DNA of 64,000 nucleotides from Thalia democratica (GCA_965202585.1 OZ241830.1:6696001-6760000), one strand, 5' to 3'. Counted from the stretch's first letter, positions 26,519 to 40,300 are shown. The notes: generated by a model from the letters alone, not told the origin. A program made the numbers and translations.

Positions 26519-29500
26519 TTAGTTCCTTCTTTTCCTCCTGCCCTCTCTGCGCTTCCTCCGGAGGCTCCTGTTGTTTTCAAGGCGCTGCCTCCACCTCTCC
26601 TCAGTTTCTCTCGGCTTCCTCCTCTTCCACGTCTGCCTCTTGTTCCTGCTGTTCCTCCACTTCTGCCACCTCGCGAACGACCATCCCTTCCTTATCTCCC
26701 GCAAACCTCTCCTCTTGGCCCTCCTTCTGTTCCTCCTCTCAACTCTCGCGTTCCGCTCTTCCGCCGTCTCGTTCTGCCTCGTCACCTTCAACGCGGCTCT
26801 TCTCTCGCTCCTCAGCTTTCGCTGCTTCACCCGCCACTGCTTCTTCTGCTGGTGGAGGCTCGGGTCCGAGGTGTCCAGCCCGCTGCTTTCGTCCGCGCTG
26901 TCCGAGCAGATGTCCACGTCCAATTCGGACTCAAGTTCGGATTCTGAGTCGTCTCCGGAGCTTTCCGAAAGTTCTTCTTCTGTACCGTCGTCATCTTCTT
27001 GCGAGGTGGCAACTGCGTCCCTCCTCAACTTTCTTCTGGTTATACGCGACCGTCCCCTCGCCGCAACTCTCAGCCTGCAGTGGTTTTCACTTTCGTTTTT
27101 CCTCCTGCCTCGCCACCTCCTTCTTCTGATAGCTATCCGGTGTCTCCTTCTCCACTGAACTATGTCCTCCCCTTTTCTCTTAAGCCTCAACTGTCTTCTC
27201 CTGTTCCGTCTCAAAGTTCTTTTATCAATCCTGGCCGTTCTTGCTTCTGCAGTTTCGTTTGCTCTGGCAAGTTTCAGTTCTGCTCTTCTCTGGCTTCTTA
27301 TTTCTCTTTTCTTCTTTCTATACTCTATAATATCTGCGTGCAAAGACGTGTCTGTGATGTCCAAACCACTGCTTTCATCATTACTGTTGGAGCAGATGTC
27401 AACATCGAAATCTGTTTCCAAATCGGTTCCACTGTAATCACTGTCTCCGCTTGAAGAACTTGACTCTTCAGTGATTTCGTCATCTCTCGCTATACCTCTT
27501 CTTCGTCTTCTGATTATTCTTCTGTTTCTGCGGCTCCTTCTCTTTCTTCGAAGACGACGCTTCCACTTTTTATCTGTCTCATTTCTCCTTCTACGCCTCC
27601 ATCTACGACGCCTCAATCTTCTTTTGTTTCTTCTTCTCCATTCTAATAATGAGCAACCTTTTCGTTTTAGTCTCAAGCTTCTTCTCTTTGTTCTTCTACG
27701 AGTCCTCCAAGCAATTCTGACTTTTCTTTCTTCTTCAGCTTCGTTTTTACGAGCAACTCCCAGTTTGATTCTTCGCTCGCTTCTTAGTTTTCTTTGTTTT
27801 GTTCTCCAGTCAATGATCTCTTTGTGAAGACTTGTATCTGTTATATCAAGTCCGCTGCTTTCATCGTTACTGTCAGAACAAATATCTACATCAAGATCTG
27901 TTTCCAATTCTGACTCGCTATCATAACAACTGTCTGAATCAGATTCGTCATCATTGAGACCTTCTCTGAAATTTCTCAACCTTGTTCTTCTGTTTCTGCG
28001 TTTGGTTCTTCTCTGCTTAATTCTCAACTTCCAGTGAGTTTCAGTTTCATTTTTCCTTATCAACCTCCATTTCCTTCTTCTCAGTATCTTGTTTTTGTTT
28101 CTTCTCCATTGAACAATCGTCTGTCCTTTCCTGGAAAGTCGCAGAGTTCTCCTCTTAGTCCTTCTAAGAGTTCTTTTATCAACTCTAACTGTTCTGACGT
28201 CAGCAGCTTCGTTTGTCCTGTCAACTTTCAACTTGGCTCTTCTTTCGCTCCTGGTTTTTCTCCTCAAGGTTCGCCAATCTTTGATTTCTTGATTGAGATT
28301 CGGATCATTGACGTCCAAACCACTGCTTTCGTCATTACTGTTGGAACAGATGTCAACATCAAAATCTGTTTCCAAATCGGTTCCACTGTAATCACTTTCT
28401 CCGCTTGAGCTTGAATAGTCAGTGATTTCGTCATCTTTAGCTAAACCTCTTCGTCTCCTTCTAATCAATCTTCTGTTTCTTCGACTTCTTCTCTTTCTTC
28501 GAAGACGACGTCTCCATTTTCTATCGGTCTCATTTCTCCTTTTTCGTCTCCATCTGCGACGCCTCAGTCTTATTCTATTTCTTCTTCTCCATTCTAACAA
28601 TGAGCAACCTTTTCGTTTTAGTCTCAAACTTCTTCTCTTTGTTCTTCTACGAGTCCTCCAGTCAATCCTGACTTTTCTTTCATCTTCAGCTTCGTTTTTA
28701 CGAACAATGCGTAGCTTAAATCTCCGCTCGCTTCTTAGTTTTCTTTGTTTTGTTCTCCAGTCTATGATTTCTTTATGAAGACTTGTGTCAGTTATGTCAA
28801 GTCCGCTGCTTTCATCGTTACTGTCAGAACAAATATCTACATCAAGATCTGTTTCCAGTTCAGACTCGCTATCATAACAACTGTCTGAATCAGATTCGTC
28901 ATCATTGAGACCTTCTCTAAAATTCCTCAACCTTGTTCTTTTGTTTCTGCGTTTGGTTCTTCTCTGCTCGATTCTCAACTTCCAGTGAGTTTCAGTTTCA
29001 TTTTTCCTTATCAACCTCCATTTTCGTCTTCTCAGTATCTTGTTTTTGTTTCTTCTCCATTGAACAATCGTCTGTCCTTTCCTAGAAAGTCGAAGTGTTC
29101 TTCTCTTAGTCCTTCTGAGAGTTCTTTTATCAACTCTAACTGTTCTGACGTCAGCAGCTTCGTTTGTCCTGTCAACTTTCAACTTGGCTCTTCTTTCGCT
29201 CCTAGTTTTTCTCCTCTGGGTTCGCCAATCTTTAATTTCTTGATTGAGATTCGGATCATTGATGTCCAAACCACTGCTTTCATCATTACTGTTGGAACAG
29301 ATGTCAACATCAAAGTCTGTTTCCAAATCGGATCCACTGTAGTCACTTTCTCCACTTGAGCTTGAACAGTCTGTGATTTCGTCATCTTTAGCCAAACCTG
29401 TCTTTCTCCTTTTAATCAATCTTCTGTTTCTGCGGTTTCTCCTTCTTACACGAAGACGACGCTTCCACTTTTTATTAGTTTCGTTTTTCCTTTTTCGTCT

Positions 29501-32500
29501 CCATCTACGACGCCTCAGTCTTCTACTATGTCTTCTCTTCCATTCTACTATTGAGCAACCTTTTCGTTTTAGTCTCAAGCTTCTTCTCTTAGTTCGTCTA
29601 CGAGTCCTCCAGGCTATTCTTACTTTTCTTTCATTTTCAGCTTCGTTTCTACGAACAATTCGTAGTTTAAATCTTCGCTCGCTTCTTAGTTTTCTTTGTT
29701 TTGTTCTCCAGTCAATGATCTCTTTATGAAGACTTGTATCAGTTATGTCAAGTCCACTGCTTTCATCATTACTGTCAGAACAAATATCTACATCAAGGTC
29801 TGTTTCCAGTTCAGACTCGCTATCATAACAGCTGTCTGAATCAGATTCGTCATCATTGAGGCCTTCTCTGAAATTTCTCAATCTTGTTCTTCTGTTTCTG
29901 CGTTTGGTTCTTCTCTGTTTAATTCTCAACTTCCAGTGAGTTTCAGTTTCATTTTTCCTTATCAACCTCCATTTTCGTCTTCTCAGTATCTTGTTTTTGA
30001 TTCTTCTCCATTGAACAATCGTCTGTCCTTTCCTAGAAAGTCGCAGAGTTCTCCTCTTAGTCCTTCTGAGAGTTCTTTTATCAACTCTAACTTTTCTGAC
30101 GTCAGCAGTTTCGTTTGTCCTGTCAACTTTCAACTTGGCTCTTCTTTCGCTCCTAGTTTTTCTCCTCTGGGTTCGCCAATCTTTGATTTCTTGATTGAGA
30201 TTCGGATCATTGATGTCCAAACCACTGCTTTCGTCATTACTATTGGAACAGATGTCAACATCAAAGTCTGTTTCCAAATCGGATCCACTGTAATCACTTT
30301 CTCCACTTGAGCTTGAACAGTCTGTGATTTCGTCATCTTTAGCCAAACCTGTCTTTCTCCTTTTAATTAATCTTCTGTTTCTGCGGTTTCTCCTTCTTAC
30401 ACGAAGACGACGCTTCCACTTTTTATTTGTTTCGTTTTTCCTTCTGAGTCTCCATTCACGTCGTTTTATTCTTCTACTATGTCTTCTCTTCCATTCTACT
30501 ATTGAGCAACCTTTTCGTTTTAGTCTCAAACTTCTTCTCTTAGTTCTTCTACGAGTCCTCCAGGTTATTCTTACTTTTCTTTCCTCTTCTATTTCGTTTC
30601 TACGAACAAATGTTAGTTTGAGTCTCCGCTCGCTTCTTAGTTTTCTTTGTTTTGTTCTCCAATCAATGATCTCTTTGTGAAGACTTGTATCAGTTATGTC
30701 AAGACCACTGCTTTCATCGTTACTGTTAGAACAAATATCTACATCAAGGTCTGTTTCTAATTCCGATTCTGTATCACAGTAAGAATCAGAGCCTGATTCG
30801 TCACTAAACTCTGCTCTAGCTTTCTTTTTCTTACGCCTTAGTCTCTTGTTCCTCCTCATGACCTGCTTTCTGTCTATTCTCTTCTTCCACTGTTCTTCAG
30901 TTTCGTTCTTACCTCTCTTTCGCCATGTCCTTCTAACTAACCTCTTATTTATACGTGTTCTCCATCTGGTAATACACTCACTTTTCCTTGAAACACGCAA
31001 CTGCTTTCGTTTAACTCGTCTGCGGTTTCTCCTGGTAATCCTAACACTTCTCTCACTTTCAGTTTCGTTTGTTCTCGTAGATTTAAGCTTCAACCTTCGC
31101 TCGCTTCTCATCTTCCTCTGCTTCACTCTCCACTCTCTAATTTCTTCATTCAAATTCTCATCTGAGATATCTAGTCCGCTGCTTTCGTCTGCGCTATCAG
31201 AGCAAATATCGACGTCCAAATCTGTTTCCAATTCAGATTCTGAGTAGTCGCTGTCTTCACTCGAGCTTGTTACATGTTCTGCGGTGAAATCTCCGATCTT
31301 TACGGTTTCTTTACTTACTGTCTTCTGTTGCCCTCTCGTGCTTGGTCCACACTTGCTCCTGCGATCCTTCCTCCTGTTGCTCAGCCTAAATCTCAACTCC
31401 ATATTCGTTTCATCATCCACCTTCACCTTCCAAGTTCTTCTCTTGGCCTGCCTCTCCCTTCTCGCCCAACAGAGCTTCGCTTCTTCCTCCTTCCTCTCTT
31501 CTCTCAGCTGCTTTCTCTTGTCTCTCCTCCTAGTTCGCCTGATCTTTCTCAGCTTCTCCTCTTCCTTGCTCTCGTTTTTGCGCGTAACAGCTAAGACTTT
31601 TCTCCTTTTAGAGCGAGTATTTCGTTTCTGAGTGCGGAACTCCTTCTCTGCACTGGTCAAGTTTTCATCATTAATATCCAAACCTTCGCTTTCGTCTTTA
31701 CTCTCCGAACAAATGTCCACGTCCAAGTCTGTTTCCAACTCCGACTCGCTGTTGTCGCTGTAGCTGCCGTCGGTTACCAAACCAGACATTCTCTTCACCT
31801 TCCTACGCCTCAACCTCTTGGTCCTGCGTTTGGTTCTCTTCTTCAAAAGTCTCAGCTTCCAACGCTTCTCAGTCTCGTTGGACCTCCTCAACTTCCAAGT
31901 TCGCCTTTTAACTCTCCTTTCCTTCCTAACTCTCCACTGCTCTATGGTTTCTGATTTTCTATTCTCCCTCAAAACTGTTCTCTTGCTCCTTCTAAGAGTT
32001 CTTCTTTGTATCCTCACATTTCGCTGTTCTTCTGTTTCAGTCTTCCTGACCGATATCAGCAGCTTTCTCCTCTCGGAACGACGCTTTCGCTCTTTGATTC
32101 TCCAATTTTTGACTTCCTCATCCAGACTCGCGTCTTCAATGTCGAGTCCCTCACTTTCGTCTGCGCTGTCGGAGCAGATATCCACGTCGAGATCAGTTTC
32201 AAGCTCGGACTCGCTGTGGTGAGAATCGCCGCTTGAGGAGCTCGACACGTCAGCAATGTCGTGTTCGTCGCCGAACAAATTGAACATAGCAACTCCGCGA
32301 CGATTGCTCATCCTCTTGTACCTCTGCTTGATCCTGTTCTTCTCTAGCCTGAGCTTCCAGTGGTTCTCGCTTTCATCCTCTCTCTGCAGCTTCCACTGCC
32401 GCCTTCTCAGCCTTCTCTTGTTCCTGACTCTCCACTGCACTATGGTCTGTCTGGTTCTCTGCACTCTCAAAACTCTTCTCTTTTGTCGTCTCAATGTTCT

Positions 32501-34330
32501 CCTCTTCACTCTCTCAGTTCTCTGTTCTGCAGTCTCACTTTTTCTGACGATCTTCAGCTTGGATCTTCGCTCGCTCCTCAACTTTCTCTGCTTGACTCTC
32601 CACTGCTTTATTTCGGCGTGCAAGCTTTCGTCGTCAACGTCCAAACCTTCGCTTTCATCCGCGCTGTCCGAGCAAATGTCCACGTCCAAATCGGTCTCCA
32701 GCTCGCATTCGCTGTGGTCGGAGTCCCCGCTGGAGCTCGACTCTGAGGTGATCTCGATGTCCTCGTCAAACTTCACTCCCGCAATCACCCCCTTCCTCCG
32801 CAGCCTCTTGTTCCGCTGGCTGATCCTCTTTATAGAGCATCTGAACTCCCACGCTCCCGAGTCCTCGTCGGTTCGGATCTCCTTCCAGTCGTGTCTCTTG
32901 TTCCTTCTTTCCAGCCTCGTCGTCCACTGCTCGATCGTGTCTCCCGCCTTCTGTCTCCTCAGCCGCACCTTCCTTCTCATCTCCCTCCTCGCGTTCCTTC
33001 TCTCGATCCTGATCTTGCGCTCTTCCTTCGTCTCATCCTCCCTCTCCTCTTTCAGCTTCAGCCTCCTTTCGCTCCTTTTGACCTTCTGCTGGTTTCTCCA
33101 CTCCCTTTTCTTCTCGTGCAAAGTTTTGTCTGACACGTCCAAACCCTCGCTCTCCTCTTGGCTGTTGGAGCAAATGTCCAGGTCGAGATCAGTTTCCAGC
33201 TCCGACTCCGTCCAGTTAGAATCTCCGGTTCCGCTTGAAGAGCCGTCGGTGTCCACGGATATGACCGTTTTTACGTCGGCTTCATCACCGTCTGTGGCGT
33301 CGCTATCACTTCCAAGTATAGATCTGCTTCTGTGGCTGGCCGTGTTGGAGATGCTGGTCGCTTCCTCGATCTTTTGGAGACGTTTAATTCTGCGTATACG
33401 GCGGATCTTCTTTCTCTTGACAATCCTGGTGTTCCATTGCTCTGTAGTTTCTTCACTTCTCTGCAAGTACCATTTTCTCTTCTCCGTAATTTCACTCGTT
33501 CTGGTTTTGAACTCCTGTACTGTTTCGCTTCTAAGAATTCTTATCTTCCTTCTTTCCGACCTTCTCATCGTTCTGATCTTGATTCTAAGAGATCTCTCTT
33601 CGGCTGTTTCCGTTTGACGCGTTACCGCCAGTTCTCTCCTTCTCTGACTTCTGGTCTTTCTAAGAGTCTTTCTCCATGTTCTCTGCTCTTCAGTTAAAGC
33701 TGCATCCGTGGTGTTTAAACCTTCGCTTTCATCGTTGCTGTTGGAGCAGATGTCATCATCTGTATCAACTTCTGGTTCAGATTCGTCTGAACTACTAGAT
33801 TCGTCTGAAGAAAGATCGTCAAAGATGCTTCGCTTGCTTTCTGTGGTTTCTTCCTCGACTTGGAGACGTTTAATTCTCCTTATGCGACGAATCTTCTTTC
33901 GCTCGGTGACTCTAGTCTTCCACTGCTCTGTGGTTTCCGTACTTCTTTGCAAGTACCACTTGCTTTTTGTCTCTATCTCGCTTGTTCTGGTTCTGAACTC
34001 TTGTATTGTTTCGCTTCTAAAAGTTCTTATCTTCCTTCTTTCAGACCTTCTCATGGTTCTAATCCTGATCCTGATGGATCTCTCTTCAGCTGTTTCGCTT
34101 TGACGCGTTATTGCAAGCTGTCTTCTTCGCTGGCTTCTGGTCTTTCTTACAGTCTTTCTCCACGTTCTCTGCTCTTCAGTGATCGTTTGATCAGTGATAT
34201 CGAGTCCTTCGCTTTCATCGTCGCTATTGGAGCAGATGTCATCGTCTGTATCGACCTCCGGATCTGATTCGTCACTACTTGATTCATCCGAGGAAAGATT
34301 GTCAAATATGCTCTGCTTGTTTTCGGTGGT
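26519..34330 (-). repeat. Coding tandem array of 16 modules (~155-170 aa each), each an acidic Ser/Asp/Glu block plus an Arg/Lys/Trp-rich block
   Basis: The motif D-I-C-S-x-S-x-(D/E)-E-S-(E/S)-G-L occurs 16 times in the 3535-aa ORF translation, each followed by a basic block. A 17th copy spans exons 9-10. Confidence 0.95.
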
Positions 34331-37300
34331 TTTACTGACGGTACTTTCTTGGTTGATGTTAGTTTCAGTTGTTGTTTGTTCAGTTGTCTGTTCAATTGTC
34401 TGTTCTGTTGTAATTTGTTCAGTTGTTGTCTGTTCTGTTGTTTCAGTTGTTGTTTGTTCTGTTGTCTGTTCAGTTGTCTGTTCTGTTGTTTCAGTTGTTT
34501 GTTCAGTTGTGGTTTGTTCTGTTGTTTCAGTAGTTGTCTGTTCTGTTGTTTGTTCTGTTGTCTGTTCTGTTGTTTCAGTTGTTTGTTCAGTTGTATGTTC
34601 TGTTCTTTCAGTTGTTGTCTGTTCTGTGGTTTGTTCAGTTGTTTGTTCTGTTGTTTCAGTAGTTGTTTGTTCTGTTGTCTGTTCAGTTGTGGTTTGTTCA
34701 GTTGTTTCAGTTGTTGTTTGTTCTGTTGTCTGTTCAGTTGTTGTCTGCTCTGTTGTTTCAGTTGTTGTTTGTTCAGATGTCTGTTCTGTGGTCTGTTCTG
34801 TTGTTTCAGTTGTTGTTTGTTCAGTTGTCTGTTCTGTTGTTTCAGTAGTTGTTTGTTCTGTGGTTTGTTCAGTTGTTTGTTCTGTTGTTTCAGTAGTTGT
34901 TTGTTCTGTTGTCTGTTCTGTGATTTGTTCAGTTGTCTGTTCTGTTGTTTCAGTTGTTGTTTGTTCTGTTGTTTCAGTTGTTGTTTGTTCAGTTGTCTGT
35001 TCTGTTGTTTCAGTTGTAGTTTGTTCTGTTGTTTCAGTTGTTGTCTGTTCTGTTGTTTCAGTTGTTGTTTGTTCAGTTGTCTGTTCTGTGGTCTGTTCAG
35101 TTGTGGTTTGTTCTGTTGTTTCAGTTGTTGTTTGTTCTGTTGTTTCAGTTGTTGTCTGCTCTGTTGTTTCAGTTGATGTTTGTTCAGTTGTCTGTTCTGT
35201 TGTTTCAGTAGTTGTTTGTTCTGTTGTCTGTTCTGTTGTGGTTTGTTCAGTTGTTTGTTCTGTGGTTTGTTCAGTTGTTTGTTCTGTTGTTTCAGTTGTT
35301 GTTTGTTCTGTTGTTTCAGTTGTTGTTTGTTCTGTTGTCTGTTCTGTTGTGGTTTGTTCAGTTGTTTCAGTTGTTTGTTCTGTGGTTTGTTCAGTTGTTT
35401 GTTCTGTTGTTTCAGTTGTTGTTTGTTCTGTTGTTTCAGTTGTTGTTTGTTCTGTTGTCTGTTCTGTGGTCTGTTCAGTTGTTGTTTGTTCAGTTGTCTG
35501 CTCTGTTGTTTGTTCAGTTGTCTGTTCTGTTGTTTCAGTTGTGGTTTGTTCAGTTGTTGTTTGTTCAGTTGTTGTTTGTTCTGTTGTCTGTTCTGTGATT
35601 TTTTCAGTTGTCTGTTCTGTTGTTTCAGTAGTTGTTTGTTCTGTTGTCTGTTCAGTTGTCTGTTCTGTTGTTTCAGTTGATGTTTGTTCAGTTGTCTGTT
35701 CTGTTGTTTCAGTTGTGGTTTGTTCAGTTGTTGTTTGTTCAGTTGTTGTTTGTTCAGTTGTTTCAGTTGTTGTTTGTTCTGTGGTCTGTTCTGTTGTTTG
35801 TTCAGTTGTCTGTTCTGTTGTTTCAGTTGTTGTCTGTTCTGTTGTTTCAGTTGTTGTTTGTTCAGTTGTCTCTTCTGTGGTTTGTTCAGTTGTTGTTTGT
35901 TCAGTTGTTTGTCCTGTTGTCTGTTCTGTTGTTTCAGTTGTTGTTTGTTCAGTTGTTTGTTCTGTTGTTTCAGTTGTGGTTTGTTCAGTTGTTGTTTGTT
36001 CAGTTGTTGTTTTTTCAGTTGTCTGTTCTGTTGTTTGTTCAGTTGTCTGTTCTGTTGTTTCAGTTGTTGTTTGTTCAGTTGTCTGTTCTGTTGTTTCAGT
36101 TGTTGTTTGTTCAGTTGTCTCTTCTGTGGTTTGTTCAGTTGTTGTTTGTTCAGTTGTTTGTCCTGTTGTCTGTTCTGTTGTTTCAGTTGTTGTTTGTTCA
36201 GTTGTTTGTTCTGTTGTTTCAGTTGTGGTTTGTTCAGTTGTTGTTTGTTCTGTTGTTTGTTCTGTTGTCTGTTCAGTTGTTGTTTGTTCTGTTGTTTGTT
36301 CTGTTGTTTCAGTTGTGGTTTGTTCAGTTGTCTGTTCAGTTGTTGTTTGTTCTGTTGTTGTTTGTTCTGTTGTCTGTTCAGTTGTTTGTTCTGTTGTTTC
36401 AGTTGTTGTTTGTTCAGTTGTGGTTTGTTCAGTTGTCTGTGATTCAGTTTGTTCAGTAATTGTTTTTGTTTCAAATTGTTTTGATATTTGATTAGAAGCA
36501 TCAGATTGGTGATATGCAGTCTGTTTAGAAACATTTGTGCTAGATTGCTGGAAAGTTTGATCACTGAACGAAACTTGCTTCTGCTGCTGACCCTCAAACC
36601 CGATCGCTTTGAAGTTGTAAACATCGCTCTGCCTGATCAACGCCCCGCACCCGCCAATTCTGTGTCTCATAGTCTTGCTCTTGGAACACTTGTACTTGGA
36701 ATAAGCTCCGCAGCTCAGATTCAACCCGGTGCTCTGCTGGATCTCGTTCCTCCTGATCATCCTCCGCACCAGCTTCTCCTGCCTCCTCAGCATCTTCGAC
36801 ATCGACCTCTCTCTCCTCTGCACCCTCCTCAACCTCCTGCTGTGGAACCTCTCCCTCTTCTCTCCGCACCTCACCTTCCTCTCGTGACGAGTCTCGTTCA
36901 CGTTTCTTTCTGTTCTCGCCACCAGCTTCCTGTCTTCTCTCGCTTGCCTCCTTCCAAGCTTCTCCTGCCTGCTCGTCTGCTTCATTTCAATCCTCAACTT
37001 GTTCCTCGCTTCCCTCTCTGCTCTTCTCTGTGCTTTTAGCGCTTTCCTCTCTGCCTTGTAATCGCTCGTCTTTTTCAACCTTGTTTGCTTTTCTTCCTCA
37101 GTTTCGTTTGCGATCACTTCTTTCATTATGCTGAGCTGTAAAATGATAATACGTTTTGAATAAGGTTTTTAAGTTTTTTACATATTTTATATAAACACAG
37201 TAAATTATTTTTTTCATCCTCTTTTTTCGAAAACAGATTTTTTTTCATGTTAAGTGGTGTTGTTAATTATAAGTTATTAATTCAAAAATTCTCGTATAAA

Positions 37301-40300
37301 ATAAATTTTTTACTCAGCTAATTATTGAGATCCTCATTTACTTTATTGTTTTCTTAATTAGCTCAACATATCAACCTACCTGTTTGAAATAATTCTTTTC
37401 TTCCCTCATTCTCACCACTCTCTCGTATTCTGTCTCGTTTTTCATCACTTCTCTCACTTCCCTCCTCCTCTCTCGTCTTGCACTTCTCCTTGCAATTCTC
37501 ACTCGCCTGTCTTCCGCAGATTCGGTGCTTCTCTGTTGCGTCAGCTCATCTCTTCTCTTTGATCTTTCCTTCTTCTTTGCCATGCGTAAAGTTTTCGTTT
37601 CAACGCTTATTGCCTCCTGGAAAATGTGTTTGCTACGTTTGATTTTCTTAGAAGATATTTTTATCATAACGTGCATTACGTCTCTTTGTATAAGTAGCTT
37701 TCAAGTTTAAAAAGTAATTAGAAATTAAGCGCAGGTATCTAGTTTTGATTAGACTTGAAGTGTTTTGTCAATAAGTTTTGAAACTATATGTTATTCAAAA
37801 AAAAAACTCCAAACAACATTTCTTAATAAACTTAACACACAAACTTGTAGGTAATCATGGTAACTGTTTTGATGTTCATACGAATTATTTTTAGTATTCT
37901 AAAGACAAATAAAACTTATAAAAATACTAATAGGACATATAATCTTGTAAAACAAATACATGTTGTAAAAACAAGCTTATAAATTAATTAATAATTGTGA
38001 TCTAAAATGTCCTAAATCTGTCTAACTGGATTTTTTATACCAGCTTAAAATTTTAATATTTTAGTTCAAAATCTATACTTTAAGTAGCTTTTTAAACATA
38101 AGCTTTGTAAATATATACACTTCAACACCCACTAATTTAAAATACTATGATCATACTTGCTTAGACCTTCAAATAAATTAGAAATATTAGCTGATATTTT
38201 TATGAAGTTTTCTATAAATTTAATTTTTTTGCTTAAGACCTAAATTATGATAATAAATAAACTAAAAACTTCTAAAAGAAAATAGTTGTAACAATGTTGT
38301 CAAGTAGCAATCGCAATTAGTTTAATGATGTTTGTTAAAATTGAAAAATAAAAACTTAACTTTTAGAAATAACTTTCTCATTTAAATATTCTATATACAA
38401 GATGTGACATACTTTAAAGCGAAATTGAAGTTCCATGTTTAATTAAAGTTCAAAAGTTTGTACTATTTTAGTAAATGTTTGTTTATTTAACAGGTTCCTG
38501 ATTTAAACATGGCTTGAGATGTTAAACTCACACAGCAAATTTTTCAAAATATAATGAAACATAATACTGTGTTACTCTATTCCCACCATAGTATGTTTCA
38601 TTTTTTCAAACTGAATGAATTTATATCTATATTGTTGTATCAGTATGAAAGGAATTTTTTTTCTCCTAGCTTTATAAATAAAAAAAACGTGATGAAGTTT
38701 GGCTCTTTGATCAGCTAGGTTTATCAATGTTTTTAATAATAAGTTTGTAATTATTTAAAATTTTGTATACTATATTTTTTTAATGACAGCTCAAAAAGTT
38801 CGGTCGAACGACCTAGTATACAAAAAACCCTTCAGTTAGCGATCATACAGCTAATTTCAAATCTGTACTATGTTTGTTTATACAAATTTTTACTTAGATA
38901 TAAGTTATCTATGTTTAGTTTTTGTTGATAAATTAACTAACAGTTCTAAAGGTAATTTTTTAGTAGATGTTTTCTTGATAAACATAGTTTAATCTAAAAT
39001 AATGAACTCTAAAATACGATGCCGTGTAAAAAACTTTAAAATAAAAAATGAATTCAAAGATTTTTGTCCTAGACCTAAAAGTGTAAGTTGTAAAACTTAT
39101 TTCACGGCGTTTTAAAACTTTAAATTTTGCTAGAGTTTTTTTAAATAGTTAATACCATTTCGTTTATTAATGCAGCATTGTATATGTTAAGAAAAAGCTT
39201 TATGTAATCAAAACAAGTATTAGTTTAAAAACAAAACTAATTATGAAGTCATAGCATTAACTCATCAACCACAAGTTCTGTCTGTTTTGGTTTTTTATTA
39301 ACAACTAATTTGCCTTGTTTATCATAAGTTACTTAATTAAGTATAAGTTAATTTAATAAAGTTACTTTATAAGTATTTTTTCTTACAACGAGTTTTACAA
39401 CATTTGATAACTTTAAAATATTTAGCATTTAATACCAACTTAAATTCTAGGTTTATGTCATATGAATAGTTTTAACAAAAACAACTTAATATTAATTTTG
39501 AGGACATACTCAAAAGTTATAAAATAACTAATATCACATACTACAAAATTTGAAATTAATTATTATTTTAATAATTAAAATCAATTATACTTTCAAAAAC
39601 AACCTATGTGCGTTACCTAAGTCACTTTGCTTAAGAAACAAAAAATAGGTTTTCCTGAACTAATGCTAATTTAAAAACTTTATAAAACACTTTAAAATTT
39701 TCATAACTTTTATTAGAAAATGTTGAGCTAATTTTTATCTACTAAAGACTAAACTTAAGTTTTATACACTTCTATGACAGAATATTTATACAGTTATTTA
39801 AAGTACTTATGAATTTTTTTATTTTCTCAAATCTTAAAATTAGATTAAGATGTTATTTACTCATAACTAAATCTGATTTTTACTTCTTAGGATTAAATTG
39901 TTTTTGAATTTCAAAAAATACCAATTTAACACGAATTCATAGCCAAATTTATTCTTACATGGCAAAAAAAAGTATAGTTTTATTGCAAAATGTAACTTGA
40001 GTTTCAAAGCAGAATATTTAGAAATAAAGCAAGCTTATGTTCAGCTGTCTTTAAACTTAATACTTATCAAAAAAAAAATAATAAATATTATTAACAATTC
40101 ACCTCATCAACATTACACCCTTCGCTCTCGTCCTCACTGTTACTGCAAACATCATCGTCAGTTTCACTGTAACAATCAGACTCTCCGCTAGACGATGACG
40201 AAGAGAAGTCAGTGCTTGAAGTTGACGATGAGGAAGAGGTTGAAGATGATGACGAAGACTGAGATGAGGATTGAGAGCAGTGAAACGACGAAGATGAAGA

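Noticed and set aside
26519-34330. Many N-E-T sequons suggesting a secreted glycoprotein
   Set aside because: No signal peptide or transmembrane segment is visible, and IF rods are cytoplasmic; NET more likely caps helices.
26471-37039. Long plus-strand ORFs (e.g. 765 aa VVCS-rich, 453 aa, repeated 118/124-aa ORFs) and the 825-aa QQLNK alternative minus frame
   Set aside because: These are shadow ORFs forced by the codon bias and repetition of the giant exon; they have no independent splice or start context and no recognisable domains.
26519-37126. The 3535-aa ORF as a stand-alone protamine-like or mucin gene starting at MKEVIAN
   Set aside because: A strong in-frame acceptor lies 9 nt upstream, and the upstream exons carry the same module motif in register. 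An internal alternative start cannot be excluded but is not needed.
37617-37690. ORF start MHVMIK, or acceptors at 37683/37681
   Set aside because: Those phases do not match the phase-0 donor at 40103; the acceptor at 37618-37617 restores the module register.
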